Positions 1-10,762 of a stretch of 64,000 nt of DNA are shown in pieces. The notes under the pieces were generated by a model. That model did not search any database, was not told the DNA's origin, and saw nothing but the letters and a program-made list of their open reading frames with translations. Source of the DNA: Betaproteobacteria bacterium (GTDB lineage Bacteria; Pseudomonadota; Gammaproteobacteria; Burkholderiales; Casimicrobiaceae). The position numbers and the translations under genes are program-made. The stretch lies in contig JADKKQ010000003.1 of NCBI GenBank assembly GCA_016720425.1, positions 499,643 through 563,642 of the forward strand. Reading direction: 5' to 3'. Every line of letters starts with the position of its first letter. The stretch's first letter is position 1.

Positions 1-227
1 TGGGCGTTGAGCGCGTCGATGGACAGCGGCGACGGCAGGTTCACGCCGCAGATGCCCCAGCGCGGATCGGCACGCAGCAGATCGTCGGTGAAGACCGCCT
101 GGTGGGCGCGATGGAAGGCGCCGATCCCCAGGTGGATGATGCCCACCCGCACCGCGGTGGGGTCGTAGTCGGGACGCGTTACGCCGGCGGGAAGGCCGGC
201 GAGGGTGGCAAGGTTGAGTGTGGTCAT
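1..227 (-). CDS. Mannitol dehydrogenase-family oxidoreductase (fructuronate/mannonate reductase-like), N-terminal 75 codons only; continues past the window edge
   Basis: Reverse translation from ATG at 227 gives MTTLNLATLAGLPAGVTRPDYDPTAVRVGIIHLGIGAFHRAHQAVFTDDLL. The IHLGxGxFxRAH Rossmann start is typical of the family. Lies 4 nt downstream of the TRAP permease stop. Confidence 0.6.
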   Translation of the reverse strand, partial: MTTLNLATLAGLPAGVTRPDYDPTAVRVGIIHLGIGAFHRAHQAVFTDDLLRADPRWGICGVNLPSPLSIDALNA

Positions 228-231
228 GATC

Positions 232-1524
232 CTATTTCGGCAGGTAACCAAAGGTTTGCGGCAGCCACATCGAGAATGCCGGCACGTAGGTGACGATCAG
301 CAGCGCCGCGGTCAGCGACAGGTAGAACGGCGCGATCGTCTTCATCACCTGCTCGACCGATATCTCCCCGATGGCGCAACCGACGAATTGCGTCGTCCCC
401 ACCGGTGGCGTGTTGAGCCCGAGCGCGGCGTTGATCAGCAGCATCATCCCGAACTGCACCGGGTCCATTCCGTACTGCATGCAGATCGGCAGGAAGATCG
501 GCGTGCAGATGAGGATCGTCGCCGCCATGTCGAGGAAGGTGCCGAGCAGGAACAGGATGATGTTGACCAGCATGAAGACGATCCACGGCGTGGTCGTGAT
601 GCTGGAGATTGCGGCACCGGTGGCCTCGGCGACGCTGTACAGGCTCATCAGGTAGCCCAGCACCGCCGAGACCCCGATCAGCAGCAGCACGACGCCGGTC
701 TTCTTCACCGCCCGCGCCGCGGCCTTCAGGAAGTCCGCCCACGACAGGCTGCGATAGACGAACACGGTGATCAGCAGCGCGTAGAGCACGGCGACCGACG
801 CCGACTCGGTGGCGGTGAACACGCCGGAGAGAATGCCCGCGACGATGATGACCACGACGAACAGTCCGGGCAGCGCCGCCGCCAGCGAGTGAAGGACGAT
901 GTCCCAGCCGGGGAAGGTTCCGGAAGGATAGCCGCGCTTGACGGCGACCGCGTAGGCGGCGACGAGGTTGCAGATCGTCAGCACCAGCGCCGGCACCAGG
1001 CCGGCGAGGATCAGCGCGGCGATCGACACCTTCCCGCCCGCCGCCAGCGAATAGATGATCATGTTGTGGCTGGTCGGCATCAGCGCGCCGACCAGTGCGG
1101 CGTGCGTGGTGACGTTGACCGCGTAGTCGACGTCGTAGCCTTCCTTCTTCATCATCGGGATCATCACCGCGCCCATCGCCGACACGTCGGCGACCGGCGA
1201 GCCGGAGACGCCGCCGAACAGCGTGCAGGCGACGACGTTCGACATCCCGAGCCCGCCGCGGACGTGGTTGACGAGGCTCTTGGCCAGCTCGACGATCCGG
1301 TGGGCGATGCCGCCGTAGAGCATCAGCTCGCCGGCGAAGATGAAGAAGGGGATGGCGAGGAACGAGAACACCGTCATCCCGGAGACCATCCGGCCGAAGA
1401 CCACCGCCACCGGCAGGCCTTCGTAGAGGATGGTGATGACCGACGAGAGGCCGATCGCGAACGCGACCGGGACGCCCAGGATCAGGAAGACGAGGAACAG
1501 GACGGAGAGGATGGTCAGTGCCAT
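232..1524 (-). CDS. TRAP transporter large permease (DctM family)
   Basis: Internal ATG of ORF 232..1770 (MALTILSVLFLVFLILGVPVAFAIGL). About 430 aa, polytopic, DctM-like throughout. The upstream part of the ORF is Arg/Gly-rich junk. Overlaps the small-permease stop. Confidence 0.9.
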   Translation of the reverse strand: MALTILSVLFLVFLILGVPVAFAIGLSSVITILYEGLPVAVVFGRMVSGMTVFSFLAIPFFIFAGELMLYGGIAHRIVELAKSLVNHVRGGLGMSNVVACTLFGGVSGSPVADVSAMGAVMIPMMKKEGYDVDYAVNVTTHAALVGALMPTSHNMIIYSLAAGGKVSIAALILAGLVPALVLTICNLVAAYAVAVKRGYPSGTFPGWDIVLHSLAAALPGLFVVVIIVAGILSGVFTATESASVAVLYALLITVFVYRSLSWADFLKAAARAVKKTGVVLLLIGVSAVLGYLMSLYSVAEATGAAISSITTTPWIVFMLVNIILFLLGTFLDMAATILICTPIFLPICMQYGMDPVQFGMMLLINAALGLNTPPVGTTQFVGCAIGEISVEQVMKTIAPFYLSLTAALLIVTYVPAFSMWLPQTFGYLPK

Positions 1525-2003
1525 GACGGGATCACTTCCTCGCCCTTGACCAGCGCGATGATGTGCTCGATGGAGAACAGCACGATCAGCGCACCCGCGA
1601 TCGCCACCGGCACGTGATTGAGGCCCTCGGGGATGCCCAGCGTCGGGATCTTGTAGCCCATCACCGACTCGGCCAGGATCGTTCCCTGCCACGCCATCAT
1701 CGCGCCGAACATCGCCGAGAGGACGTGGATCAGGATCTCGAGCTTGCGCCGCTTCTCCGGCGTGACCCACACCAGCAGCGACTCCATGCCGATGTGGCCG
1801 GCGTCGCGGACGCCCACGGCGGCACCGAGCATCGTGACCCAGAGCACCAGCACCAATGCCAGTGCTTCGGCCCAGGTCGGCGTGTCATTCAGTATGTAGC
1901 GGCCGAAGACCTGGTACAGCACGCAGACGACGATGACCAGGAGCCCCGTCACTGCGGCGACCATGCAGAACTTCGCCAGTGCGGCATTGAACCGGGTGAG
2001 CAT
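1515..2003 (-). CDS. TRAP transporter small permease (DctQ family)
   Basis: ORF 1515..2006; MLTRFNAALAKFCMVAAVTGLL with 4 TM segments. ATG at 2003 lies 8 nt after GAGG (a GTG at 2006 is also possible). Overlaps the DctM start by 10 nt. Confidence 0.85.
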   Translation of the reverse strand: MLTRFNAALAKFCMVAAVTGLLVIVVCVLYQVFGRYILNDTPTWAEALALVLVLWVTMLGAAVGVRDAGHIGMESLLVWVTPEKRRKLEILIHVLSAMFGAMMAWQGTILAESVMGYKIPTLGIPEGLNHVPVAIAGALIVLFSIEHIIALVKGEEVIPSWH

Positions 2004-2025
2004 CACGACGACCTCGCAAGGTGAA

Positions 2026-2055
2026 GCGGCCCGGAGCGGAGCCGCCCCGGGCCGC
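2026..2055 (-). other. Intercistronic stem-loop between the TRAP binding-protein gene and the permease genes
   Basis: Perfect 9-bp inverted repeat GCGGCCCGG (2026-2034) / CCGGGCCGC (2047-2055) with a 12-nt loop. No U-run follows on the transcribed strand. Confidence 0.5.
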
Positions 2056-2066
2056 GGTTTGACAGC

Positions 2067-3047
2067 CTACTTGGTGTCCTGCACGGCCTTGACCATCGCC
2101 TTCAGCTTCGGCGTCGTGATGAACTTGTCGTAGACCGGGCCCATGACGTCCTGGAACGACTTCTTGTCGACCTCGACCACCTGCGCGCCGCCGGCGAGCA
2201 CTTTCGCCTTGGACGCGGCTTCCTTCTCGTCCCAGAGCTTGCGCATGTAGGGCACCGACTCCTTCGCCGCGTCGCGGAAGATCTTCTGCTCCTCGGGGGT
2301 CAGCCCGTCGTAGACCTTCTTCGACATCAGCAGCATTTCCGGCGCCATCGAGTGCTCGGTCATCGCGTAGTACTTGGCGACCTCGAAGTGGCGCGAGGTG
2401 TCGAACGACGGGAAGTTGTTCTCGGCGCCGTCGACGGTGCCGACCTTCAGCGCCGTGTAGACCTCGCCGTAGGGCATCGGCGTCGCGTTGGCGCCCATCG
2501 CCTGCAGCAGCGAGACCCAGAGGTCCGACTGCTGGACGCGGATCTTCATGCCCTTGGCGTCGGCCAGCGACTTGACCGGCTTCTTGACGGTGTACAGCGA
2601 ACGCGCGCCCGAGTCGTAGAACGCGAGGCCGACGAAGCCCTGCGCCTCGGCGGCCTTGAGGATCTCGTCGCCGATCGGGCCGTCGAGCACCTTGCGCATG
2701 TGTTCCTTGGAGCGGAACAGGAACGGCATCGTCGGCACCATCGTCTCGGGCACGATGTTGTTCATCGGCGCGACGTTGATGCGCACCAGGTCGAGGCCGC
2801 CGAGCTTGGTCTGCTCGATCGTGTCCTTCTCGCTGCCCAGCGTGCCGCCGACGTAGGTCTTGATCGTGTGCTTGCCGTTGGTCTTCTTGCTGATGATCTC
2901 GCTCATGTAGTTCACGGCCATCACCGTCGGATAGTCGGCGGGATGGACGTCGGAGTTGCGGAACTCCTTGGCGGCGACCGGCAGGGCGACGGCGATCATG
3001 GCGAGCGCCGCGGCGACGCGGGTCATGCGGGGAAGCATTTGACTCAT
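2067..3047 (-). CDS. TRAP transporter substrate-binding protein (DctP family)
   Basis: 326-aa ORF with signal peptide [19 protein letters not shown], DctP-like throughout. AAGGAGG lies 10 nt upstream of the ATG. Confidence 0.9.
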   Translation of the reverse strand: MSQMLPRMTRVAAALAMIAVALPVAAKEFRNSDVHPADYPTVMAVNYMSEIISKKTNGKHTIKTYVGGTLGSEKDTIEQTKLGGLDLVRINVAPMNNIVPETMVPTMPFLFRSKEHMRKVLDGPIGDEILKAAEAQGFVGLAFYDSGARSLYTVKKPVKSLADAKGMKIRVQQSDLWVSLLQAMGANATPMPYGEVYTALKVGTVDGAENNFPSFDTSRHFEVAKYYAMTEHSMAPEMLLMSKKVYDGLTPEEQKIFRDAAKESVPYMRKLWDEKEAASKAKVLAGGAQVVEVDKKSFQDVMGPVYDKFITTPKLKAMVKAVQDTK

Positions 3048-3062
3048 GATGAAAGAACCTCC

Positions 3063-3868
3063 TTAGTGGGAACGGCCTGCGGCGGAACGCCGCGCGGATG
3101 GTGACTGCGACTGCGACTGCTTGCGTTTCTTCGCCGCCGGAGCGGCGAGCGGTACGGCGGACGGAGAAAAACCATCGTCCAGCTCGTCCCAGCGCTGCTG
3201 GAACTCGCGGACGACGCGCTGCAAATGGGCGATCATCGCCGCGCGCGCGGCCGCGGGATCGTGCCGCTCGAGCGCGGCGACGATCGCCGCGTGGTCGTCG
3301 AGGGTGCTGGCGCGCAGCGCCGGCGTGTGGAAGTGGCCTTCGAGCCGGGTCCAGAGACTGCCGCGGCGCTGGTCCCAGAGCGTCCCCACCAGGAGCGGCA
3401 GCGCGCCGTTGCCGCTGGCCTCGGCGATCAGCGTGTGGAATTCGCGATCGGCGGCGTCGCGGGTCGCGAAGTCGTCGTCGCTGCGGCGCATCGTGGCGAT
3501 GGTCGCCTGCAGCCGGCCGACGGTCTCGGCGTCCGCGCGGGGCGCGCAGCGAGCGCGGCCGCCTCGCCTTCGACGAGTTCGCGCGCGGCCAGCAGGTCGA
3601 AGGGGCCCGGGCCGTCGTCCCGGACCGCCGGCGCGGCGGTGGCGGTCACGAAGATGCCGGTGCCGACGCGAACCTCGACCCGGCCCTCGATCTCGAGCGC
3701 CAGGATGGCTTCGCGGACGGACGTGCGGGAGACGCCGAGCAGCACCGCGAGTTCGCGTTCCGGCGGGATGCGGGAGCCGACGGGGAACTCCCCCCGGTCG
3801 ATCAGCGCGGCGATCTGCCCGGCGATCTGCCGGTAGAGGCGCAGCGACTCGACGACCTGCAGCGGCAC
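3063..3868 (-). pseudogene. GntR/FadR-family (FCD domain) transcriptional regulator, split by a 1-nt indel near 3537-3545
   Basis: The N-terminal wHTH (VPLQVVESLRLYRQIAGQIAALIDRGEFPVGSRIPPERELAVLLGVSRTSVREAILALEIEGRV) is in the frame of ORF 3428..3868. The FCD C-terminus (ADAETVGRLQATIATM...DREFHTLIAEASGN...HDPAAARAAMIAHL) is in the frame of ORF 3063..4016. The junction sits at the GGGG run 3539-3542. Confidence 0.75.
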
Positions 3869-4050
3869 AGCGATGCTCCCTTGCCGGAATCGGCGGCGGG
3901 CCAGCGTCGGGCAGACGATGGAGCCTCCGGGATGTCGCCCGCCGGTTCTGGGTGCCCGCGGTGCGATAGCGACACTCTAATCCTGCCGCCACGCTCAGGT
4001 CAAGTGGTCCAACCACCCGACCAACGGGCGGCAGACCGCCGCGAAGGCGG

Positions 4051-4938
4051 TCAGTCGACGCAGGAGAACTCGAGGACCTCGGTCGGATCCTCGGCGTAGG
4101 GGTGGCCGAAGCTCAGGCGCCCGCGTCCGCGCAGCACCATCTCCTCGCGCCGCAGCAGGATCTCGTCGTCCCCGGCGATGGTGCAGTAGGTGCCGTTGGA
4201 GCTCTGGTCGACGAGCACGAACTTGTCGCGCCGGCGCTCGATCCGCGCGTGCCGCCGCGACGCAGCGTGATCGGCGATCACGAGGTCGTTGCCGGACTCG
4301 CGGCCGATGGCCAGCACGGCGGTCGACGCGTCCAGCGTGATCAGCCGCGACCCGTGCTTCAAGCGCAGGAAGGCGCGCGTCACCGTCGGCCGGTTGGCGA
4401 GCGAGGTGAGCTCGGTCTCCGACTCCTGCCACACCAGCTCGACGATGCCGATGTCCTCGCTCTTGCCCTTGACCGTGTATGCGTTCTGGTTGCGGACGCG
4501 GGCGCGCAGCGCGGGCGGCAGCGACGACAGTGTCGACACCGACACCAGCGTCTCGCCCCCCTTGGCGAGGTCCGACAGCCGGGACGCGAGGTTCACCGCG
4601 TCGCCGAACACGTCGTCGTCGACGCCGACCACCGGGCCGAAGTGCATGCCGATGCGGATCGCCAGCGGAGCGCCCCGCGAGGTGCGCTCCCGCGCGACGC
4701 GCGTCTGCATGTCGATCGCAGCGTAGGCGGCGTTCGCCGCGTAGGGAAAGACCACCAGCGAGCCGTCGCCGATGGTCCGCACCACACGCCCGGCGTGCTC
4801 CTCGCTGCTGCCGCGGATGATCTCGAGGCAGCGGCCGACGGTATGCAGCGCCTCGGCGTCGCCCAGCGTCTCGTACAGGTGCGTGCTGCCGGAGACGTCG
4901 GCGAAGAGGACGGCAACCTCGCGGGGACTCGATTCCAT
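4051..4938 (-). CDS. Class III adenylate/guanylate cyclase catalytic domain fused to a C-terminal FHA domain
   Basis: Cyclase motifs VAVLFADVSGST, RTIGDG, IRIGMHFGPV and FGDAVNLASRL. FHA motifs IGRESGNDLVI, SRRHARI and SSNGTY. Start chosen at MESSPREVAVLF because third-position GC drops upstream; 5031 is the alternative. Confidence 0.85.
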   Translation of the reverse strand: MESSPREVAVLFADVSGSTHLYETLGDAEALHTVGRCLEIIRGSSEEHAGRVVRTIGDGSLVVFPYAANAAYAAIDMQTRVARERTSRGAPLAIRIGMHFGPVVGVDDDVFGDAVNLASRLSDLAKGGETLVSVSTLSSLPPALRARVRNQNAYTVKGKSEDIGIVELVWQESETELTSLANRPTVTRAFLRLKHGSRLITLDASTAVLAIGRESGNDLVIADHAASRRHARIERRRDKFVLVDQSSNGTYCTIAGDDEILLRREEMVLRGRGRLSFGHPYAEDPTEVLEFSCVD

Positions 4939-5198
4939 GGACGGCGCGCGGGAGTTCGGAAGTTGATCGCCCGGTCCGCCTTCGGGCCGGGGAGCGGCCC
5001 GCGGCGGCGGGATCGGGGCAGTATAAGGCATGCCCGCGCGGCGCTTCCACCCGGCCGCGGCGAACGGCCGGCCGGAGCGCGCGACGCGGCGGCCCGCGGC
5101 GGGGCGGCGACGGCGCGGCACTTGCGGCGCGGCGGTGGGCGCAGTATGTTCGCCGCTTCGCCGATCGACGTGAACGCTCTCCGGGGGGAGCGCCTGGC

Positions 5199-6831
<1,633 letters not shown>

Positions 6832-6839
<8 letters not shown>

Positions 6840-7875
6840 CGGGACCTTGCGCCGCGTCGCGCTCGCCGCACTGCCGTGGATCGCGGTGCTGCTGCAGGGC
6901 GGCTGCGCCGACGCGCCAACGCGGCCCGTGGCGCCGGTGCCGACGCCGGTGGCCGCGGCGCTCGCCGCCGAGGTCGCGCGCGACGACGACTTCGTCCTCG
7001 TCCGCGCCGCGCCGGGCGACACCGCGGCGACGCTCGCGCAGCGCTACCTGGGCGACCGCGAGAAGGCGTTCTGGATCGTCGAGCGCAACGGCGGCACCGA
7101 GGTGACGGCGGGCGAGATCGTGGCGATCCCGCGCCGGTCGCAGAATCCCGCCGGCGTCGAGAGCGGCGGGTTCCAGGCGGTCCCGATCCTCTGCTATCAC
7201 CGCTTCGGCCCGCGGGCGGCACCGCTGACGGTGACTCCCGCGGCGTTCGAGGCGCAGATGGCCTACCTCGCCCGGAACGGCTACACGGTGATCCCGGTCG
7301 CCCGCCTGGCCGCGTTCCTGCAGGGCGAGCTGCCGCTGCCCAAGAAGACGGTCGCCATCACCATCGACGACGGCTATCGGTCGACCTACGACATCGCCTT
7401 CCCGATCCTCGCCCGGCACGGCTTCCCGGCCACGCTGTTCCTCTACAGCGACTTCGTCGGCGCCGGCGACGCCTTGAGCTGGGCGCAGATGAAGGAGATG
7501 CAGGCCTCCGGTATCGTCGACGTCCAGCCCCACTCCAAGACGCACACCAACCTGACGCAGAAGCTGCCCGGGGAGACCGACGCCCAGTATCGCGACCGGC
7601 TGCGGCGCGAGATCGACGCGCCGGTCCGCGCCATCCACGACCGGCTCGCGACCGCCAGCACGGTGTTCGCCTATCCCTACGGCGACGTCAACGACGCGGT
7701 GGTCGCGCAGCTGCAGCGCCGCGAACTCGGCTTCGGCGTCACCGTGACGCCGGGCGGCAACGGCTTCTTCGCCTACCCGTTCTACCTCCGCCGCAGCATG
7801 GTGTACGGAACCGACTCGCTCGACGCGTTCAAGGCGAAGCTGGCGACCTTCGTGGCGCACCCCGCCCGCCCCTGA
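6832..7875 (+). CDS. Lipoprotein with an N-terminal LysM-like module and a NodB-type polysaccharide deacetylase domain
   Basis: Lipobox LLQGGC. LysM-like VLVRAAPGDTAATLAQRYLGDREKAFWIV...GEIVAIP. Deacetylase motifs ITIDDGY and PHSKTH. The ATG overlaps the kinase stop by 8 nt. Confidence 0.85.
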
Positions 7876-7984
7876 GAGGCTGCGAGTCTTTCGCTCATGC
7901 CCGCTCCTCACGCCAGAAGGCGCCCACTCGTCGTTGCCAATGCCCGCCACAGCCCGCGCTAAGTGGCCCCGCGTCGGGACCGGT

Positions 7985-7998
7985 CCCCCCCCCCCCCC
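7985..7998 (+). repeat. Homopolymeric C14 tract in the intergenic region upstream of the TPR lipoprotein gene
   Basis: Read directly: ggt + 14 x c + gc atg. Lies 110 nt after the deacetylase stop and 33 nt before the ATG at 8031. Confidence 0.95.
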
Positions 7999-8030
7999 GC
8001 ATGCCCGAAGAACTCTCAGCCTCTGACTCG

Positions 8031-9014
8031 ATGCGCGCCTCGACCCGCTGGCTGCCCCTGTTCGCCGTCGTCGTGACGGCCTGCGCGCCGCAGCCCCCGC
8101 TGCCCGACGCGGCCCCGCCGCCGCCCGCGGTCGCGCCGGCGCGTTCCGACGTCGATCGCGCGGTGGAGCGCCACCGGCAATTCGCCCGGCAGCAACTCGC
8201 CGCCGGCAATCTCGCCGCGGCCGCGGCGGAGTGGCAGATCCTGACCCTGCTCGCCCCGGACAACGCGGAATTCCGGCGCGAGCTCGACGCGACGCGCGCA
8301 GCCGCGCGGCGCGGTGCGCAGGAGAAGCTCGACGCGGCGCGCGCCGCCCAGCGCAGCGGCCAGACCGAGCGGGCGATCCAGCTCCACGTCCAGGCGCTGG
8401 CCCTCGATCCGGCCAGCGCCGAGGCCGCGCGGGCACTGCGCGAGCTCGATCGGCAGAAGTACGCGCGCATTCAGCAGGACCGCGCCGCGCGGGCGAAACC
8501 CGACGCCGTCGCCGCGGGCGCCCCGGCAACGGCGCGGAGCGCATCGGCCGACGCCGCCGGCGACGGCTACGACGTCGAGCAGGCGCTGGCGATGCTCGCC
8601 GCCGGCGACCTGGCCGGGGGACTGCGCGATCTGCGGGCATGGGTCGCGGCCAATCCACGCCAGCGGGCCACGCGCCTGCGGATCGGCGCCGCGGTCTTCG
8701 ACAAGGGGCGCGAGCAGGAGGCGAGCGGCGCCCGCGAGCAGGCGCTGTCGACGTACGAGTCCGCGGTGGCGCTGCGCGGCGACGCGCCGCCGGAGTGGGC
8801 GGCGCGAATCGCGCCGCTGAAGAAGTCGGTGGCCGAGGAACTGTACGAAGCCGGCGTCCGCGCCTCGCGCAGCGACCTCAAGCGGGCGATCGCCCAGTGG
8901 GAGGCCTGCCTGCGCCTCGACCCGCAGCACGCGCGCGCGTCCGCCCGGCTGCAGGAAGCGCGCCGGCTGCAGGCGCGGGTGCAGCGCATCGAGGACGGCA
9001 CCGCGCCCAAGTGA
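8031..9014 (+). CDS. TPR-repeat lipoprotein
   Basis: Internal start of ORF 6876..9014: MRASTRWLPLFAVVVTAC (lipobox-like VTAC). Ala/Arg-rich helical repeats ending in WEACLRLDPQHARASARLQEA (TPR-like). An ATG at 8001 is the alternative start. Confidence 0.7.
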   Translation: MRASTRWLPLFAVVVTACAPQPPLPDAAPPPPAVAPARSDVDRAVERHRQFARQQLAAGNLAAAAAEWQILTLLAPDNAEFRRELDATRAAARRGAQEKLDAARAAQRSGQTERAIQLHVQALALDPASAEAARALRELDRQKYARIQQDRAARAKPDAVAAGAPATARSASADAAGDGYDVEQALAMLAAGDLAGGLRDLRAWVAANPRQRATRLRIGAAVFDKGREQEASGAREQALSTYESAVALRGDAPPEWAARIAPLKKSVAEELYEAGVRASRSDLKRAIAQWEACLRLDPQHARASARLQEARRLQARVQRIEDGTAPK

Positions 9015-9026
9015 CGCCGGCCGCGG

Positions 9027-9977
9027 TCACTTGCCGCCGAACTTCTCCGTCATCTTCTTCTTGAGCTCGAGCGCACGCTCGCGTTCGAGCCGGGCCTTGC
9101 GGTTGGCGGGGTCGAGCTCGAGGATGCGGTCCCACTTCGCGATCGCGAGATCGAGGTTCTGGCGCTGGAAGGCCTGTGCGGCCTCGCGATCGTAGCTGCG
9201 GATCAGCGCCGCCCGGGTGCCGTCGCGTTGCCGGGTCAGCGCCTCGTTGCCGGGGAAACGCTGCAGCGATTCGCTCAATGCCGCGTAAGCGCCCTCGAGG
9301 TTGCCCTTCGCTTCGAGTTCGCGCGCCCGCCGCTGCGCCTGCAGCACCTCGTCGCTCGATTTCGCCTCGGGCTCGGCGGCCACCGGCGGCCGGGCGGTCG
9401 CCTCGGCCGGCTCGGGAGGCTTAGGCGACGTCGCCGGGGGCGGCGCCTTGCCCGGGATCCTGAGCACCTGTCCGGCCGCGAGGCGGCTCGGATTGGCCAT
9501 GTCGTTGTACTTGGCGAGGATGTAGAAGCGGAAGCGGTCGCCGAGGAACTGCTGCGCGAGCTTCGACAGCGAGTCGTCGCGCTGCACGGTGTAGCGGAAG
9601 TACACCGGGCCCAGTTCCTTCTGCGCGTCGGCGCGGACCTGGTCGAGAAGCTTCCGCGCGAGCTCGTTGGTCGCGTCCAGCGCCAGCGCCTTGTCGAGCG
9701 TCGCGCGGGCGGCGGCCTCGTCGCCGTTCTGCAGCAGGTCGACCGCCTCGATGGCGAGCTTCTGCGCCTGCGTCTTCGCCTGTGCCGGGGTGAGCTCGGG
9801 CGCGGGCGGCGGCGGCGCCGGCGCCGCCGCCTCCGGCGCAGGCGCGACCGGTGCCACGGGGGCCGGCGCCGGTGGAGGCGCGGCGGGCGGCGTGGCGCAG
9901 CCGGCGACGACCAGCGCGATCACCGCGCCCAGTGCCGCCCGTCGCCATGCGCGTTGCCCGACGTTGCCGCTGCCCAT
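9027..9977 (-). CDS. LysM domain flanked by TPR repeats; lipoprotein
   Basis: Lipobox VVAGC. LysM YTVQRDDSLSKLAQQFLGDRFRFYILAKYNDMANPSRLAAGQVLRIPG. TPR-like N- and C-terminal segments. GAGGAGG lies 9 nt upstream of the ATG at 9977. Confidence 0.8.
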   Translation of the reverse strand: MGSGNVGQRAWRRAALGAVIALVVAGCATPPAAPPPAPAPVAPVAPAPEAAAPAPPPPAPELTPAQAKTQAQKLAIEAVDLLQNGDEAAARATLDKALALDATNELARKLLDQVRADAQKELGPVYFRYTVQRDDSLSKLAQQFLGDRFRFYILAKYNDMANPSRLAAGQVLRIPGKAPPPATSPKPPEPAEATARPPVAAEPEAKSSDEVLQAQRRARELEAKGNLEGAYAALSESLQRFPGNEALTRQRDGTRAALIRSYDREAAQAFQRQNLDLAIAKWDRILELDPANRKARLERERALELKKKMTEKFGGK

Positions 9978-10122
9978 TGCCCCCTGCCTCCTCGTGCTCG
10001 TCCCGTCGCGTCGTCGATCCCGGTCCGCGAAGCCGGATTCTGCACCTCGGCCGCTCGGGTTGCCAACGTCCGCGGGAAAATTCATCGTCCGGTGGTCCGC
10101 GCGACCCGCCCGGGCCGCGCGC

Positions 10123-10689
10123 TCAGGCGGCGAGGAAGTGCCCCGATTTGCCGCCGGACTTCTCCAGCAGGCGAAGGCCCTCGATGCGCATCGCGCGGTC
10201 GGCGGCCTTGCACATGTCGTAGACGGTCAGCAGACCCACCGCCGCCGCGGTCAGCGCCTCCATCTCGACCCCGGTCGGTCCGCGGGTCTCGGCCACGACC
10301 TCGATCGTCACGGCAACGGCGCCCCGATCGATCGCGAACTCGACCGCCACGCGGGTCAGCGGCAGCGGATGGCACAGCGGAATCAGCTCGGCGGTGCGCT
10401 TGGCCGCCTGGATCGCCGCGATCCGCGCCACGCCGAGGACATCGCCCTTGTTCGCGCTGCCCTGCTCGATCAGCGCCAGCGTGGCGGGCGCCATCACGAT
10501 GCGCCCGCCGACCCGCGCGACACGTCGGGTCGCGTCCTTGCCGCCCACGTCGACCATGTGCGCCTGACCCGCCGCATCGAAGTGGGTAAAATGGGCGCCG
10601 GAATCCGCTGCCGCGGATGGTTGGGCAGACAGCGACGCCCCGGCCGGCGGGGTCGGTGAACGCGTGCGCTTCGCTTGCACCCTGGCCAC
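10123..10689 (-). CDS. moaC: Cyclic pyranopterin monophosphate synthase MoaC
   Basis: [15 protein letters not shown]...[12 protein letters not shown]...[29 protein letters not shown] start at 10689 lies 7 nt after GGGAGGA. The upstream part of ORF 10123..10953 has no homology. Confidence 0.88.
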   Translation of the reverse strand: MARVQAKRTRSPTPPAGASLSAQPSAAADSGAHFTHFDAAGQAHMVDVGGKDATRRVARVGGRIVMAPATLALIEQGSANKGDVLGVARIAAIQAAKRTAELIPLCHPLPLTRVAVEFAIDRGAVAVTIEVVAETRGPTGVEMEALTAAAVGLLTVYDMCKAADRAMRIEGLRLLEKSGGKSGHFLAA

Positions 10690-10762
10690 GAGGCAGTCCT
10701 CCCTTTGAACTTCGGCTGTCCGCGGCCATCTTAGCATCAGGTCCGACCCTCCCTTGCCATCG

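Noticed and set aside
205-1617. 470-aa plus-strand ORF opposite the TRAP large permease, with similar companions at 224..742 and 371..655
   Set aside because: The Arg/Asp/Gly/His-rich translation has no recognisable domain and lies antisense to a clearly homologous DctM gene. This is a typical high-GC shadow ORF.
3063-4016. 317-aa ORF taken at face value as the regulator
   Set aside because: Its N-terminal ~150 residues are Arg/Pro junk. The genuine wHTH is in another frame (3428..3868). It is annotated instead as one frameshifted gene, 3063..3868.
8001-8030. ATG at 8001, directly after the C14 tract, as the lipoprotein start
   Set aside because: It would add an acidic MPEELSASDS extension before the signal peptide, and it has no SD. 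The ATG at 8031 gives a standard lipoprotein signal. It is kept as an alternative because it would place the tract 2 nt from a start codon.
10690-10762. Molybdenum-cofactor riboswitch upstream of moaC
   Set aside because: The divergent gap is only ~73 nt, most of it needed for two promoters and SD sequences. That is too short for the ~130-nt Moco motif, and none of its conserved features was seen.
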